From Polyangiales bacterium (GTDB lineage Bacteria > Myxococcota_A > Polyangia > Polyangiales > JADJQN01), in contig CAXNJO010000002.1 in the NCBI GenBank assembly GCA_964202905.1, forward strand, positions 544,001-608,000: 64,000 bases of DNA, written 5' to 3'. Position numbers and translations under genes: made by a program. Every line of letters starts with the position of its first letter. Position 1 is the first letter of the stretch. This document shows, in pieces, positions 27,801 to 37,451 of the stretch. The notes beneath the pieces were generated by a model that saw only the letters and a list, made by a program, of their open reading frames with translations, was not told the origin of the DNA and made no database searches.

Positions 27801-29058
27801 GCCGCGTGTCGACGTCGCGCGGGTTCGCGCCGAGGACGCGGCGGTACGCCACGAGCGCTTCCGCGTCGTGACCGAGCTCATCCTCGATCGCGGCGCGGGC
27901 CGCGATCGCGTCCGTGCGTGCGTCGGCGCGCAAGGTCTCGGCGAGCTCGGGCAGCCTGCCCGCCCGTCGGTACGTGTCCGTGAGCAGCTCGAAGAGCTCA
28001 CGCCGCAGACCGCCCTCCCGCGTCGATCGGAGGGCATCATTCAGAATGGCAAGCGCACGCTCCGGATCGCCCGCGTCACGGTAAGCGCGACCCAGATCGC
28101 GCAAGATCGGCCCGAGCACACGCCCGTCACCGCGCAACCGCCCCCGCACCCGCTCCAGCTCGGCCGCCGCCCGCGAATGCTCGCCCCGCGCTGCGAGCGC
28201 ACGCGCGTATTCCGTCGACAGGAACACGCTCGCGCCCCGCGTCGGCACGAGCGCGTCGTAGTCGGCGCGCGCAGCCTCGAAGTCTCCCGAATCCATCGCG
28301 AGCGTGGCCGACTCGCGCACCAGCTCCTGCCGCGCCGCGTCGGTGCGCGCACGCGCGAGCGCCTCCCGATAGAGCGCGCGCGCCGCCTGCGCATCGCCGT
28401 CGGCCCGGACGAGTGCGGCAAGCGCGGCGAGCGGCTCGTGCGCCTCGGGCCGCAGCGCGCCGGCCTCTCGGTAGAGACGCTGCGCGTCCGCCCCACGCCC
28501 CTGCGCGCGGGCCAGCGCGCCGAGCAGCATCCGCGACGCGTAGCCCGGCGGCTCGGCGGCGATCGCGGCGACGAGCCCGTCGAGCCCGCCGTCGCGCTCG
28601 CGCGCGAGGTCGAAGAGCCGCTGCAACGCGAACGCCGCCGTCGGTTCGGCGTCGAGAACGCGTCGGTAGCGGGCGATCATCGCGTCGCGGCGCGCAGCCT
28701 CGGCGTTCGGGGCAGCAGGCGCGGGGATCGTCGTCGCTTGAACCGACCGCGTCGCCGTGCGCCCATGCCCCGGACTACGCCCCCCCGGGCGGCGCGCCCC
28801 GGGACGCGGCCCGCCGGGACGCGTGATCGACCAATCGTCCTGCGCGCGCGCGTGCTGCTCGAGGACGGGCGCCAGGGCGAGCACGGTCGCGAGCAGCCCG
28901 CCGGCGAGCAGGCCCGGTCCCCGGAAACGCAGCGCCGCATGCCGTGCCCGTCGCTCCCCGCGGAACACGCTCAGGTCCCGACCACAGAGCGCCGGCGCGC
29001 GCCCCTCCGCCCGCGGGTTCGACGCTGTCGGGGCCTCGCCGGGCATCGCCGCGATCAT
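24892..29058 (-). CDS. Large exported TPR + HEAT repeat protein
   Basis: Signal-like segment ending ARA-QDDW; many TPRs (AYRRAIELDARL); C-terminal HEAT repeats (DPAVRAFAVIGLG, DPEPRVREAAATALG). Start uncertain. Confidence 0.88.
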   Translation of the reverse strand: MIAAMPGEAPTASNPRAEGRAPALCGRDLSVFRGERRARHAALRFRGPGLLAGGLLATVLALAPVLEQHARAQDDWSITRPGGPRPGARRPGGRSPGHGRTATRSVQATTIPAPAAPNAEAARRDAMIARYRRVLDAEPTAAFALQRLFDLARERDGGLDGLVAAIAAEPPGYASRMLLGALARAQGRGADAQRLYREAGALRPEAHEPLAALAALVRADGDAQAARALYREALARARTDAARQELVRESATLAMDSGDFEAARADYDALVPTRGASVFLSTEYARALAARGEHSRAAAELERVRGRLRGDGRVLGPILRDLGRAYRDAGDPERALAILNDALRSTREGGLRRELFELLTDTYRRAGRLPELAETLRADARTDAIAARAAIEDELGHDAEALVAYRRVLGANPRDVDTRLRVVQVLSRSGQLDAVIAEYRALLRAVPGEPRFVVELAQLLVQQGRRDEARRLAAETSRRHPREARVHRALAELYARWREDALAAAEVALLARLEPNDPTHLVALGTQQLEAGDADAARATWRRILTVEPDSVRAHATLGGLYADHDFLPDAASAYEESLRLAPTDIDALRGLAGVRERLGESARAAELWERVLAASPDRAERREARQRIVAAWGRTRELPRRLAELERAFRAEPPDLEAGRFLAEAWLRATPTRNADAERILERLVALAPGDVESLVALERLRAARGDLAGALAVLERLVEADARRAAAYLQRMAEHALALYRDDEAIAYARRAAERNPDDAAGHRRLGDLFRARQDPTHAVAAYRRAIELDARLFPTYFELAELHLAAGRPAEADALYRRVLRASPDDELVARAARASIQIHLGAGTLESLEHELLALALASPQRPVLRRLVVELYQALVEPLAVAARRPGPAAEAARTALERIGARALKPLLEALADADPTQRGAAVTLLAETRNPNALGPLLALAESEADIALRARALVAVGALGPVAVGAASRLAAIAGGPEARLRDAAAWALASTATRAQSGLLRGLTSHGDPAVRAFAVIGLGVARDGESRDGLEALLARDPSLDVKAAAAWSLGRLARPESVAPLVAALQSPAGLVARSAAVALGGLREPRAQAALAQALFGADAATRGASAAALAGGRASPAGALPVPSLPISTRAYLARVVDASAALGDAPVALGALVDALVEGARGGLSGPLEQVRGALDALGTAPGARLGAGALTARFDAWSAPAQREADAALALVAQGVLPDLLGVARHPDAAVRASAVAVLGRIDGAEARATVAAALLDDAAEVRRSALEVVSRLEGDAALAEVARIARVDGEWAMRARAARALGRFAGAPSACEGLEAALRVDDYAFVREAAATALAGAGCLGAGRALRDAAAGDPEPRVREAAATALGSPSPP

Positions 29059-29206
29059 GCGGCGCGCATCAGGCAGTGTCGACCGCGCGCGGCGCACGCC
29101 CGCTCCTCCCCGCGAACACGGCGACCACGCGGCCCGCGCTGTCCGACGCCGCCCCGCTCTCCGAGTGCCCGCGCAGCGCGTGGACGCGCCCCTCGCGGCG
29201 TACCGG

Positions 29207-30082
29207 TTAAGGCGTACAGAACGCGGATTCGCAGATCTGCGCAGCGTCGAAACACTCGACGCCGGTCGCGCACGGCGCGGCGCACACGCTCGCGCGGCAG
29301 CTCCCCGGGAAGAGGAAGTCGTCCGGCGTCGCGCCGCGGGGCGCGCAATCCCCGTCGCCCGCGCACGTGCGGCGCTGCAAGGCCGCGAAAAACGTCGTGC
29401 ACGTGCCGATCCGCGGGAGGCAGCGGTTCGACGCGGTGTCGCACGCCGTGCCCTGCGGGCATGAGCCGTCGCTGGCGCAGACCGCGACACAGACTCGCTC
29501 GAGGGGGCTCTCGCGCTGCAGGCACCGCGCGTCGAAGGTGCCGATCGCGCCGCGGCAATCGACGTCGAGCTTGCACGGCGCGCACTGCGCCGGGACGAAC
29601 GCGCGGCACACCCCGAACGCGACGTCGCAGACGGGGGCGGCCAGGCCGCAATCCTCGCTGGTGCGGCACTCGACGCAATCGCCGGTGCGCGGGTAGCAGT
29701 AGGGCGTCAGCGAATCGCTGCAGGTGACGCCCTCGCAGGGGTCGGTCGTCCCGAGATCGCGGGGGCCCATGTCCGGCCGCGGCATCGTGCGCACCACGCA
29801 CGCCCCGCGCCGACACTCCTCACCGGCCGTACACTCGTCGTCCGCCGCGCACCCCTCGTAGCAGCGTCCCTGCAGGCACACCTCGCCGTCGGCGCAGCCG
29901 CTCCCGGGCGCGGTGGTCGCGCCACCATCCGGGTCGGACGCCGCGGGCGTGCACGCGACGCCGAGATCGCGCGGCGTCGCGGGGAAGCGCGGGAGGTCCT
30001 CGCCACAGCCGGATAGGGCGACGAGCGCGGTGGTCGCGAGACCGCAGAACCGAACCGCGACGAGAAGGCGAAGGCGCGTCAT
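29207..30082 (-). CDS. Cys-rich lipoprotein
   Basis: LSGC lipobox, DLG/DMG linkers and many C-x4-5-C disulfide modules. Confidence 0.85.
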   Translation of the reverse strand: MTRLRLLVAVRFCGLATTALVALSGCGEDLPRFPATPRDLGVACTPAASDPDGGATTAPGSGCADGEVCLQGRCYEGCAADDECTAGEECRRGACVVRTMPRPDMGPRDLGTTDPCEGVTCSDSLTPYCYPRTGDCVECRTSEDCGLAAPVCDVAFGVCRAFVPAQCAPCKLDVDCRGAIGTFDARCLQRESPLERVCVAVCASDGSCPQGTACDTASNRCLPRIGTCTTFFAALQRRTCAGDGDCAPRGATPDDFLFPGSCRASVCAAPCATGVECFDAAQICESAFCTP

Positions 30083-30150
30083 GGGGCCTGCAATGTACCA
30101 CGACGATCGCCCATTGCGCGGGCGGCCACGCCCGATACCCTACGCCCCCC

Positions 30151-31007
<857 letters not shown>

Positions 31008-31011
<4 letters not shown>

Positions 31012-32479
31012 CCCTGGACCCGTGCGACGCGCTCGCGGCACTTGCGGGCGCGCGCGTGCGACGCATCGATGGGCTCGGCCCGCGCCTGCTCGCGGTCTCG
31101 CTGGACGCCGGGTGCGCGATCGTGGTCGGCACCGCGCGCGGGGCGCGTGGCGTGGGCCTTCTCGGGCGTGCCCCGCGGGGCAGCGTGACCAACGCGCTCA
31201 TGCATGCGCTCCGCGTCCACCTGGGGAACGCCACGCTCACCGACGCGCGGCGTGAAGGCGCCTGCCTGCTGCTCGATTTCACCGGGGAGCAGGGACCCGC
31301 GACGCTCGCCTGCGTGTTCGATGGAGCCATGGGCGCGCTCGTCCTCTGCGACGCGGGCGCCCGCGTGCTCCAGTCCTCGAACGCCGGAGGCCCACCGCGG
31401 TCGGCGCCGTGTTCGAGCCGCCCGAGGCGCGTCGCCCGCTCCTCCTCGCGGACACGCTGGACGCCCTCGAGGCCGCCGGCGCTGCACTCCTCGCGTCACA
31501 CGCCGCGGCGGAGGTCGAGGCGCGTCGACGGGCGGTCACGCAGGCGATCCACCGCGCCCACGCGCGCGCCGAGCGGAGACTCGCCGCGATCGCGAAGGAT
31601 CTCTCCGCGAGCGCCGAGGCCGCCACGCTCCGGCACCGCGCCTCGCTCGTGTTGGCGTGCGCCCACGCCACGCCGCGCGACGCCGCCGAGATGCGCGTGC
31701 TCGACGAATCGGGCGATCCCCCGGCCGAACACATCGTCGCGCTTGCCCCGCAGCCGGGGGGAGTCACGGGCCCCCGCGCCGCGGTCGCGGCCGCCGAGGC
31801 GCTCTTCACGCGTGCCCGCAAGCTTGACACCGCCGCGCGCATCGCCGCCGACCGCCGCGACGCGACGACGCGCGCCCTCTCCGCCCTCGCCACCCTCATG
31901 GCCCGCGCCGAGGCGATGCCGGACATCGGCGCGTTGCGGGTGCTCTCGGAGGAGGCGCACGCCCTCGGCGTACCGGGTGCCCGCGCCGCGCTCTCAGGCC
32001 CCGCCGACGCGCCGGCCGCACGGCGCCGGGCCGCGCCGCCGCCCCGCGTGCCCTACCGGCGATTTCTATCCGCCGACGGCCGCGCGATCCTCGTCGGGAA
32101 GGGCGCGGCCGACAACGACGCGCTGACCCTCCGGCACGCCCGCCCCCAGGACCTCTGGCTCCACGCGCGCGGCGTCCCCGGCGCGCACGTCGTGGTTCCC
32201 CTGGCGAAGGGCGAAACCTGCCCGCCCGCGCTCGCCCTCGACGCCGCGACGCTCGCCGCCCACTTCAGCGATGTCCGCGGCGAAACGGTGGTCGACGTCC
32301 AGCAGGTCGCCCGTCGCCACGTCCGCAAGCCACGCGGCGCGTCCCCCGGCGCGGTCACGGTCGAGCGCGAGCGCGTGATCGCCCTACGCGTTGAGTCCGC
32401 ACGCCTGACCCGACTGCTGCAGGCCGAAACGCTCGCCGACGGGACCGACGACGAGACGCGCCCGCGCCGCACCCGCTGA
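31008..32479 (+). CDS. Rqc2/RqcH (NFACT, DUF814) family protein, frameshift near 31395
   Basis: NFACT-R motifs ILVGKGAADNDALT..DLWLHARGVPGAHVVV..AATLAAHFS..VRKPRG..PG. The N-terminal part lies in ORF 31056..; start uncertain. Confidence 0.85.
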
Positions 32480-32567
32480 CCGCCCCCGGCGTCCCGCGCG
32501 CCGAGCGCGACGCGGAAAACGCTCCGCGCCAGACGGCGATTCGCTCCGCACCCGCGCGCGTCGGCTC

Positions 32568-32606
32568 CAACAGAAACGCCCCGATGGCCTCGCCACCGGG
32601 ACGTCT
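32568..32606 (-). terminator. Probable Rho-independent terminator
   Basis: Minus strand gacgtcccggtggc-gag-gccatcggggcgtt then TCTGTT. Confidence 0.55.
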
Positions 32607-32950
32607 CCTGCGCCGCTCCGCCGATGTGGGGCGGGGCCGACGCGTCTTCACCGGACTCTGGCGGACCCAACTCGACCGAATGTACGGCGGACCGAGTTCG
32701 ATTCGCGACCTGGCACCTCGGCACGTGAGCCGGCGTGCGCTCGGCGGTGGGCGGAGACATTCCGCCTCCGCTGCCTGCTCGCCCGGGGGCTTCGGACCCC
32801 ATCGGTCCGGCTCCCACGCGGGCGCCCTGCGTCCCTCCGCGCCCGGCCCGTCGGCTTCTTCGGCCCCTGATGGGGCATGACCTGCGGCGTCGAGGGCAGA
32901 TGAGCCCGTGCCGACCGGTCATTCGCCCGGGGGCGGTGGGACGACCGGAC

Positions 32951-33166
32951 TCAGGCGGAGGTGGTCGGCGCGGCGGCGGTGGTCGCCGGCGCGGCCTTCT
33001 TCGTGGAGGCCTTCTTCGCGGGGGCCTTCTTCGCAGGGGCCTTCTTCGCGGGGGCGGCCTTCTTGGCGGGGGCGGCCTTCTTCGCGGGGGCGGCCTTCTT
33101 GGCGGGCGCCTTCTTGGCGGCGGGCTTCTTGGCGGCGGGCTTCTTGGTGGTCTTCGGGGTGGCCAT
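32951..33166 (-). CDS. Small Lys/Ala/Pro-rich histone H1-like protein
   Basis: 71 aa made of PAKK/AAKK repeats; TAAGGA RBS; consensus promoter upstream. Confidence 0.85.
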   Translation of the reverse strand: MATPKTTKKPAAKKPAAKKAPAKKAAPAKKAAPAKKAAPAKKAPAKKAPAKKASTKKAAPATTAAAPTTSA

Positions 33167-33208
33167 GGATGTTTTCCTTACCCTGGCGAAAAGTGCCAGA
33201 CGTCGCGC

Positions 33209-33238
33209 AGCGTATTGTCACGTCACGTCAGGTGTCAA
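33209..33238 (-). promoter_or_regulatory. Sigma70-type promoter for the histone-like gene
   Basis: TTGACA-N18-TACGCT. Confidence 0.65.
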
Positions 33239-33399
33239 GCGGGGATCGACCATCATTTATATCTAACTTAGTGCTCTTTGTTCGTTGAGTGACCGCTGTT
33301 ACCTGCCAAGTCCACGAGATCAATAGAGAAAAACATATGGCGAGATAGACCCGCGTAAGTGTTGGGAAACTCCCTGACGCGCCCCTCTCGCGGATCGCG

Positions 33400-33428
33400 T
33401 TGACACCCCGCAGGACGCGCTCTAGGGT
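33400..33428 (+). promoter_or_regulatory. Sigma70-type promoter for the OmpA/MotB gene
   Basis: TTGACA-N17-TAGGGT. Confidence 0.7.
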
Positions 33429-33468
33429 CGCGCCGCTTGCGCCCTCCGGCGCTGCGACGGGAGCCCCG

Positions 33469-34317
33469 ATGACGACGTCGATCCGCGCAAGACAGACCCT
33501 GGCCATGCTGTTCGCGGCGGCGAGCCTCGCCGTCTTCTCCTTCGCCTGCGGCCCCTCCGAAGAGCAGATCGCCGCGGAGAATCGCGTGCGCGAACTCGAG
33601 CAGCAGCTCACGGACGCGAACACCGCGCGCGAGCAGCTCGATCAGCGGTTGACGGAGATGACGACGAACAACGCGAGCCTCAGCGACCGCCTGCGCGCCC
33701 TCGGGCAGAACGTTGAAGGCCTCCAGTCGCACGTGCAGGGGCTGCAGTCCGACCTCGAGCGCACGCAGCGCGCGCTCGCTGAGCTACAGGAGCGCGAGCG
33801 GCAGGCGCAGGCGCGCCTCGCGACCTTCCGCCAGATGATCGACCGCTTCCGCGCGATGATCGCCAGCGGCCGGCTGCGCGTGCGCATCGTGCGCGGCCGC
33901 ATGGTGGTCGAGCTCCCGGACAACATCCTCTTCGAGTCCGGCGCGGCCGAGCTGAAAGAGGCGGGCGAGGCCGCTCTGGCCGAGATCGTCGAGGTCTTGA
34001 AGACCATCCCGGGCCGCGAGTTCCAGGTGGCCGGACACACGGACAACGTGCCGATCTCGTCGCGGCGCTTCCCGTCCAACTGGGAGCTCTCGACGTCCCG
34101 CGCCGTGGCCGTAACGAAGTTCATGATCGAGCGCGGGCTCGAGGGCGGCCGCGTGTCGGCCGCGGGTCACGCCGAGACGGCGCCCGTGGCGTCCAACGAC
34201 ACCCCGGAGGGCCGCGCGCAGAACCGGCGCATCGAGATCATCCTCCTGCCCAACCTCGACGAGTTGCCCGACCTCTCGTCCCTCGAGGGCAACCCGCAGG
34301 GCACGCCGACACACTGA
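33469..34317 (+). CDS. OmpA/MotB-family coiled-coil lipoprotein
   Basis: SFAC lipobox-like segment, coiled coil, ILFESG, VAGHTDNVP, NWELSTSRA and GRAQNRRIEI. Confidence 0.92.
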   Translation: MTTSIRARQTLAMLFAAASLAVFSFACGPSEEQIAAENRVRELEQQLTDANTAREQLDQRLTEMTTNNASLSDRLRALGQNVEGLQSHVQGLQSDLERTQRALAELQERERQAQARLATFRQMIDRFRAMIASGRLRVRIVRGRMVVELPDNILFESGAAELKEAGEAALAEIVEVLKTIPGREFQVAGHTDNVPISSRRFPSNWELSTSRAVAVTKFMIERGLEGGRVSAAGHAETAPVASNDTPEGRAQNRRIEIILLPNLDELPDLSSLEGNPQGTPTH

Positions 34318-34730
34318 GGTCGGCCGCCGTCCGGACCTTTTCTCGTGATTTCGGGGGTTCGGTCCGAGATTTGTCGGCCTCGGCGCCGTCGTGAGCCGCC
34401 ATGCAGCCGTCGCCACGGGGGTTGCCGCGATGTGGCCCGCTCGAATCTGCACGCGGCTCACCGGCCGCGGACGGTGCGCGGCAGCTTCGGGGGCCGGTTC
34501 GCCGTCGGGGCAAAGGTCGCGCCTTTACTCGACCGTCACCGTCACGTAATATTCGGCCGCTCCTGTCCTACCCGGCGGCGCCGCTCTCCGCGAGAAACGG
34601 TCTCGCGCGGGAATACGGTTCACCGGGACAGGGTTCGGAGCCGGCCCGCCGGACATGTCGACCGGTGGACCGTCATGCGCGACGTAGGCACGCGACCCAC
34701 GCGTGTCGACGTCGGTGGAGGAGTTCTTCC

Positions 34731-35237
34731 ATGCAGGCTCGTACCGAGAAGCTCTTCAAGGTCGGTGACAAGGCCGTGTACCCCGCTCAGGGCGTGGCCG
34801 AGGTGGTCTCGATCGAGGAGAAGGACATCGCCGGCAACCGACAGCAGTTCTACGTGCTCCGGATCCTCGACACCGACCGCAAGATCATGGTCCCGGTCAA
34901 CAACGCCCGCTCGGTGGGCCTGCGCGCCCCGATCAGCGAGTCCGAGATCCGCGAGATCTTCGAGATCCTCAAAGAGCAGACGGTCGCCTTCGACAACCAG
35001 ACCTGGAACCGCCGTTACCGCGGCTTCATGGACAAGATCAAGACCGGCAGCGTCTTCGACGTCGCGGAGGTCATGCGTGACCTCTACCGCCTGAAGGCCG
35101 AGAAGAGCCTCTCTTTCGGAGAGCGCCGCATGCTCGAGACCGCACGCTCCCTGATCGTCAAGGAGATCGCGGTCGCCCGCCACAAGCCCGAAGAGAAGGT
35201 CCGCGCCGAGATCGAGAAGATCTTCGACGCGAACTGA
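34731..35237 (+). CDS. cdnL: CarD_CdnL_TRCF family RNA polymerase-binding regulator (CdnL)
   Basis: FKVGDKAVYPAQGV and TWNRRYR..KIKTGS..AEV..L..LSFGERRML; 168 aa with no HMGA tail. Confidence 0.93.
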   Translation: MQARTEKLFKVGDKAVYPAQGVAEVVSIEEKDIAGNRQQFYVLRILDTDRKIMVPVNNARSVGLRAPISESEIREIFEILKEQTVAFDNQTWNRRYRGFMDKIKTGSVFDVAEVMRDLYRLKAEKSLSFGERRMLETARSLIVKEIAVARHKPEEKVRAEIEKIFDAN

Positions 35238-35259
35238 CCCTTCAGGGTGTAGTCTCGCT

Positions 35260-35284
35260 GAGGCATCCCCGCTGGGGGTGCCTC
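35260..35284 (+). terminator. Stem-loop downstream of cdnL
   Basis: gaggcatcccc-gct-gggggtgcctc; weak U tract. Confidence 0.4.
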
Positions 35285-35527
35285 GCATTCCCCGCGCGGC
35301 CATGGGGCGCGCGTGATGTTCGTGCATCGGCATAGGGACGCGGCTTCCTTCGAGCCGCGTCAACATTTCCTCGCTCCACCGCTCCCTCAGGCATCGCGCT
35401 CCTGCTGACCGCGACCCGCCCACGGCGCGTCGCTTCTCTCCGATTTCGCGGCGCGCCCACGCGTCGCTCCCACTTCCGCCAGGCACGCGCTCGCACGGGC
35501 GCGCCCGGCCCCAGCTTTTAGGTTCGG

Positions 35528-37051
35528 ATGGGCCAGAACTCGCTCGTCATCAACGTCGACATCGGCGAAACGCGCGTCGCACTGATCGAGAACGGAATCC
35601 TCTCGGAGCTCTTCGTCGAGCGCACCCGAGACCGCAGCCCGGTCGGCAACATCTACCTCGGCAAGGTCACCCGCGTGCTCCCCGGCATGCAGGCCGCCTT
35701 CGTCGACATCGGCCTCGATCGGGCCGCCTTCCTCCACGTCGAGGACATCGTCGCCGAAGAGGACCTCGAGGCCGTCGCCGCGGGGGACTCCGAGGACGAC
35801 GACGACGACGACGACAAGAAGAAGTCGCGCAAGATCACGCGGAAGACGCCGATCCGCGACGTGCTCAAGGAAGGCCAGTCGATCATCGTCCAGGTCTCCA
35901 AGGGCCCGATCTCGACAAAGGGCGCGCGCGTCACGAGCCACATCTCTCTGCCCGGGCGCTACGTCGTCTACATGCCGACGGTCGAGCACATCGGCATCAG
36001 CAAGCGCATCGGCAACGAGAAGGAGCGCAAGCGCCTGCGCGAGACGATCGAGGCCTTCAAGCCCCCACAGGGCGGCCTGATCGTGCGCACCGTCGCCGCG
36101 GGGCTGACCAAGAAGCAGCTCAAGGCGGACGTCGGCTACCTCGTCAAGACCTGGAACGAGACGATGAAGAAGCGCGAGACGACCTCGCGCGCGCCCGCCC
36201 TGCTCTACGACGATCTCGACGTCATCCTGCGCGCGGCCCGTGACCTCTTCACGGAAGACGTCGCCAAGATCGTCATCGACAGCCCGCGGGAACACGAGCG
36301 CCTGGTGAAGTTCGTCGAGGACTTCATGCCCGAGCGCATCGGCGACGTGGAGCTCTACAGCGACTCGGAGCCCGTCTACGACGAGTACGGCATCGAGGAC
36401 GAGATCGCGCGCGCGTTGTCGCGCAAGGTCCCGCTCCCCTCGGGCGGCTACCTCATCATCGATCAGGCCGAGGCGCTCACGGCCATCGACGTCAACACGG
36501 GCCGCTTCACGGGCAAGGGGAAGGACGTCGAGGAGACGATCTTCCAGACGAACCTCGAGGCCGTGAAGGAGATCGCCTACCAGCTGCGCTTCCGCAACAT
36601 CGGTGGCCTGATCGTCCTCGACTTCATCGACATGGAGCGCGCATCGCACCGCGAGAAGGTCTACAAGACCCTCGTCGACGTGCTGAAGCACGACAAGGCG
36701 AAGACGACCGCCGTTCGCATCAGCGAGCTCGGCCTGGTGGAGATGACGCGCAAGCGCACCCGCGAGTCCCTCGGCCGCACCCTCAACGAGCCCTGCTTCT
36801 ACTGCGACGGCACCGGTCAGTTGCAGAGCAAGGCGACCATCTGCCACGAGATCCTCCGGCAGATCCGGCGCGAGAAGGACAACCTCCCCGGCTACAAGAT
36901 CGTCGTCAACGCGCACCCCGCCATCTGCGACATGCTCCAGCGCGAGGAGAAGGCCGCGGTCGAGGTCGCCTCCAAGCGGTTCACCCGGCAGATCGTGGTA
37001 CAACCGAAGCGCGATTATCACTTGGAGCAGTTCGACCTCGCGGGGGCGTGA
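35528..37051 (+). CDS. rng: Rne/Rng family ribonuclease (RNase G-sized)
   Basis: GNIYLGKVTRVLPGMQAAFVDIG, AIDVNTG, IGGLIVLDFIDM and CFYCDGTG; 507 aa with no scaffold domain. Confidence 0.95.
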   Translation: MGQNSLVINVDIGETRVALIENGILSELFVERTRDRSPVGNIYLGKVTRVLPGMQAAFVDIGLDRAAFLHVEDIVAEEDLEAVAAGDSEDDDDDDDKKKSRKITRKTPIRDVLKEGQSIIVQVSKGPISTKGARVTSHISLPGRYVVYMPTVEHIGISKRIGNEKERKRLRETIEAFKPPQGGLIVRTVAAGLTKKQLKADVGYLVKTWNETMKKRETTSRAPALLYDDLDVILRAARDLFTEDVAKIVIDSPREHERLVKFVEDFMPERIGDVELYSDSEPVYDEYGIEDEIARALSRKVPLPSGGYLIIDQAEALTAIDVNTGRFTGKGKDVEETIFQTNLEAVKEIAYQLRFRNIGGLIVLDFIDMERASHREKVYKTLVDVLKHDKAKTTAVRISELGLVEMTRKRTRESLGRTLNEPCFYCDGTGQLQSKATICHEILRQIRREKDNLPGYKIVVNAHPAICDMLQREEKAAVEVASKRFTRQIVVQPKRDYHLEQFDLAGA

Positions 37052-37052
37052 C

Positions 37053-37439
37053 GTGGCCGATCAACCAGCGGATGCAGCGGGCAGCGACGACGACGGGCAG
37101 GCCGCGCGCGACGCCGCCGAGGCCCGCCGCCGCGAGGCTCGGATCACGATCAACAAAGAGTTCGAGTCCTTCGACGCGTTCATCCAAGAGTACGTGACGA
37201 ACATCTCGCGCTCAGGAGTGTTCGTGAAGTCGAAGCAGCCGCTGCCCGTCGGGACGCGCGTGAACCTCCGCTTCACCGTGATCATGGACGACATCGAGAC
37301 GATCGAGGGCGTCGGCGAGGTCGTGCGTGTCGACGACGAGCCGCCGGGGATGGGCGTCGTCTTCACCGAGTTGAGCCAGTACTCGCGCCACCTCATCGAC
37401 CGGCTGCTCACCGCGCCCCGTGGCGCGGCGGGGGGCTGA
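37053..37439 (+). CDS. PilZ domain protein (TIGR02266-like)
   Basis: RRREAR (RxxxR), NISRSGVF (NxSxxG) and PGMGVVF. Confidence 0.9.
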   Translation: MADQPADAAGSDDDGQAARDAAEARRREARITINKEFESFDAFIQEYVTNISRSGVFVKSKQPLPVGTRVNLRFTVIMDDIETIEGVGEVVRVDDEPPGMGVVFTELSQYSRHLIDRLLTAPRGAAGG

Positions 37440-37451
37440 GGTCCCGCCTCC

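Noticed and set aside
24883..29727. 1614-aa plus-strand ORF and many other long Arg/Ala-rich ORFs
   Set aside because: Shadow frames of real genes; no motifs and unnatural composition.
32584..32880. Small ORFs in the Rqc2-histone intergenic gap
   Set aside because: No RBS, poor codon pattern and no recognisable motifs.
33240..33270. TTATATCTAACT as a possible dif site
   Set aside because: Only a loose XerD-arm resemblance, with no XerC arm at the 6-bp spacing.
33469..34317. Flagellar stator MotB
   Set aside because: No MotB TM with the conserved Asp and no motA neighbour; it has a lipoprotein-like N-terminus instead.
34731..35237. Myxococcus-type CarD with HMGA domain
   Set aside because: No acidic or AT-hook C-terminus; it is the CdnL type.
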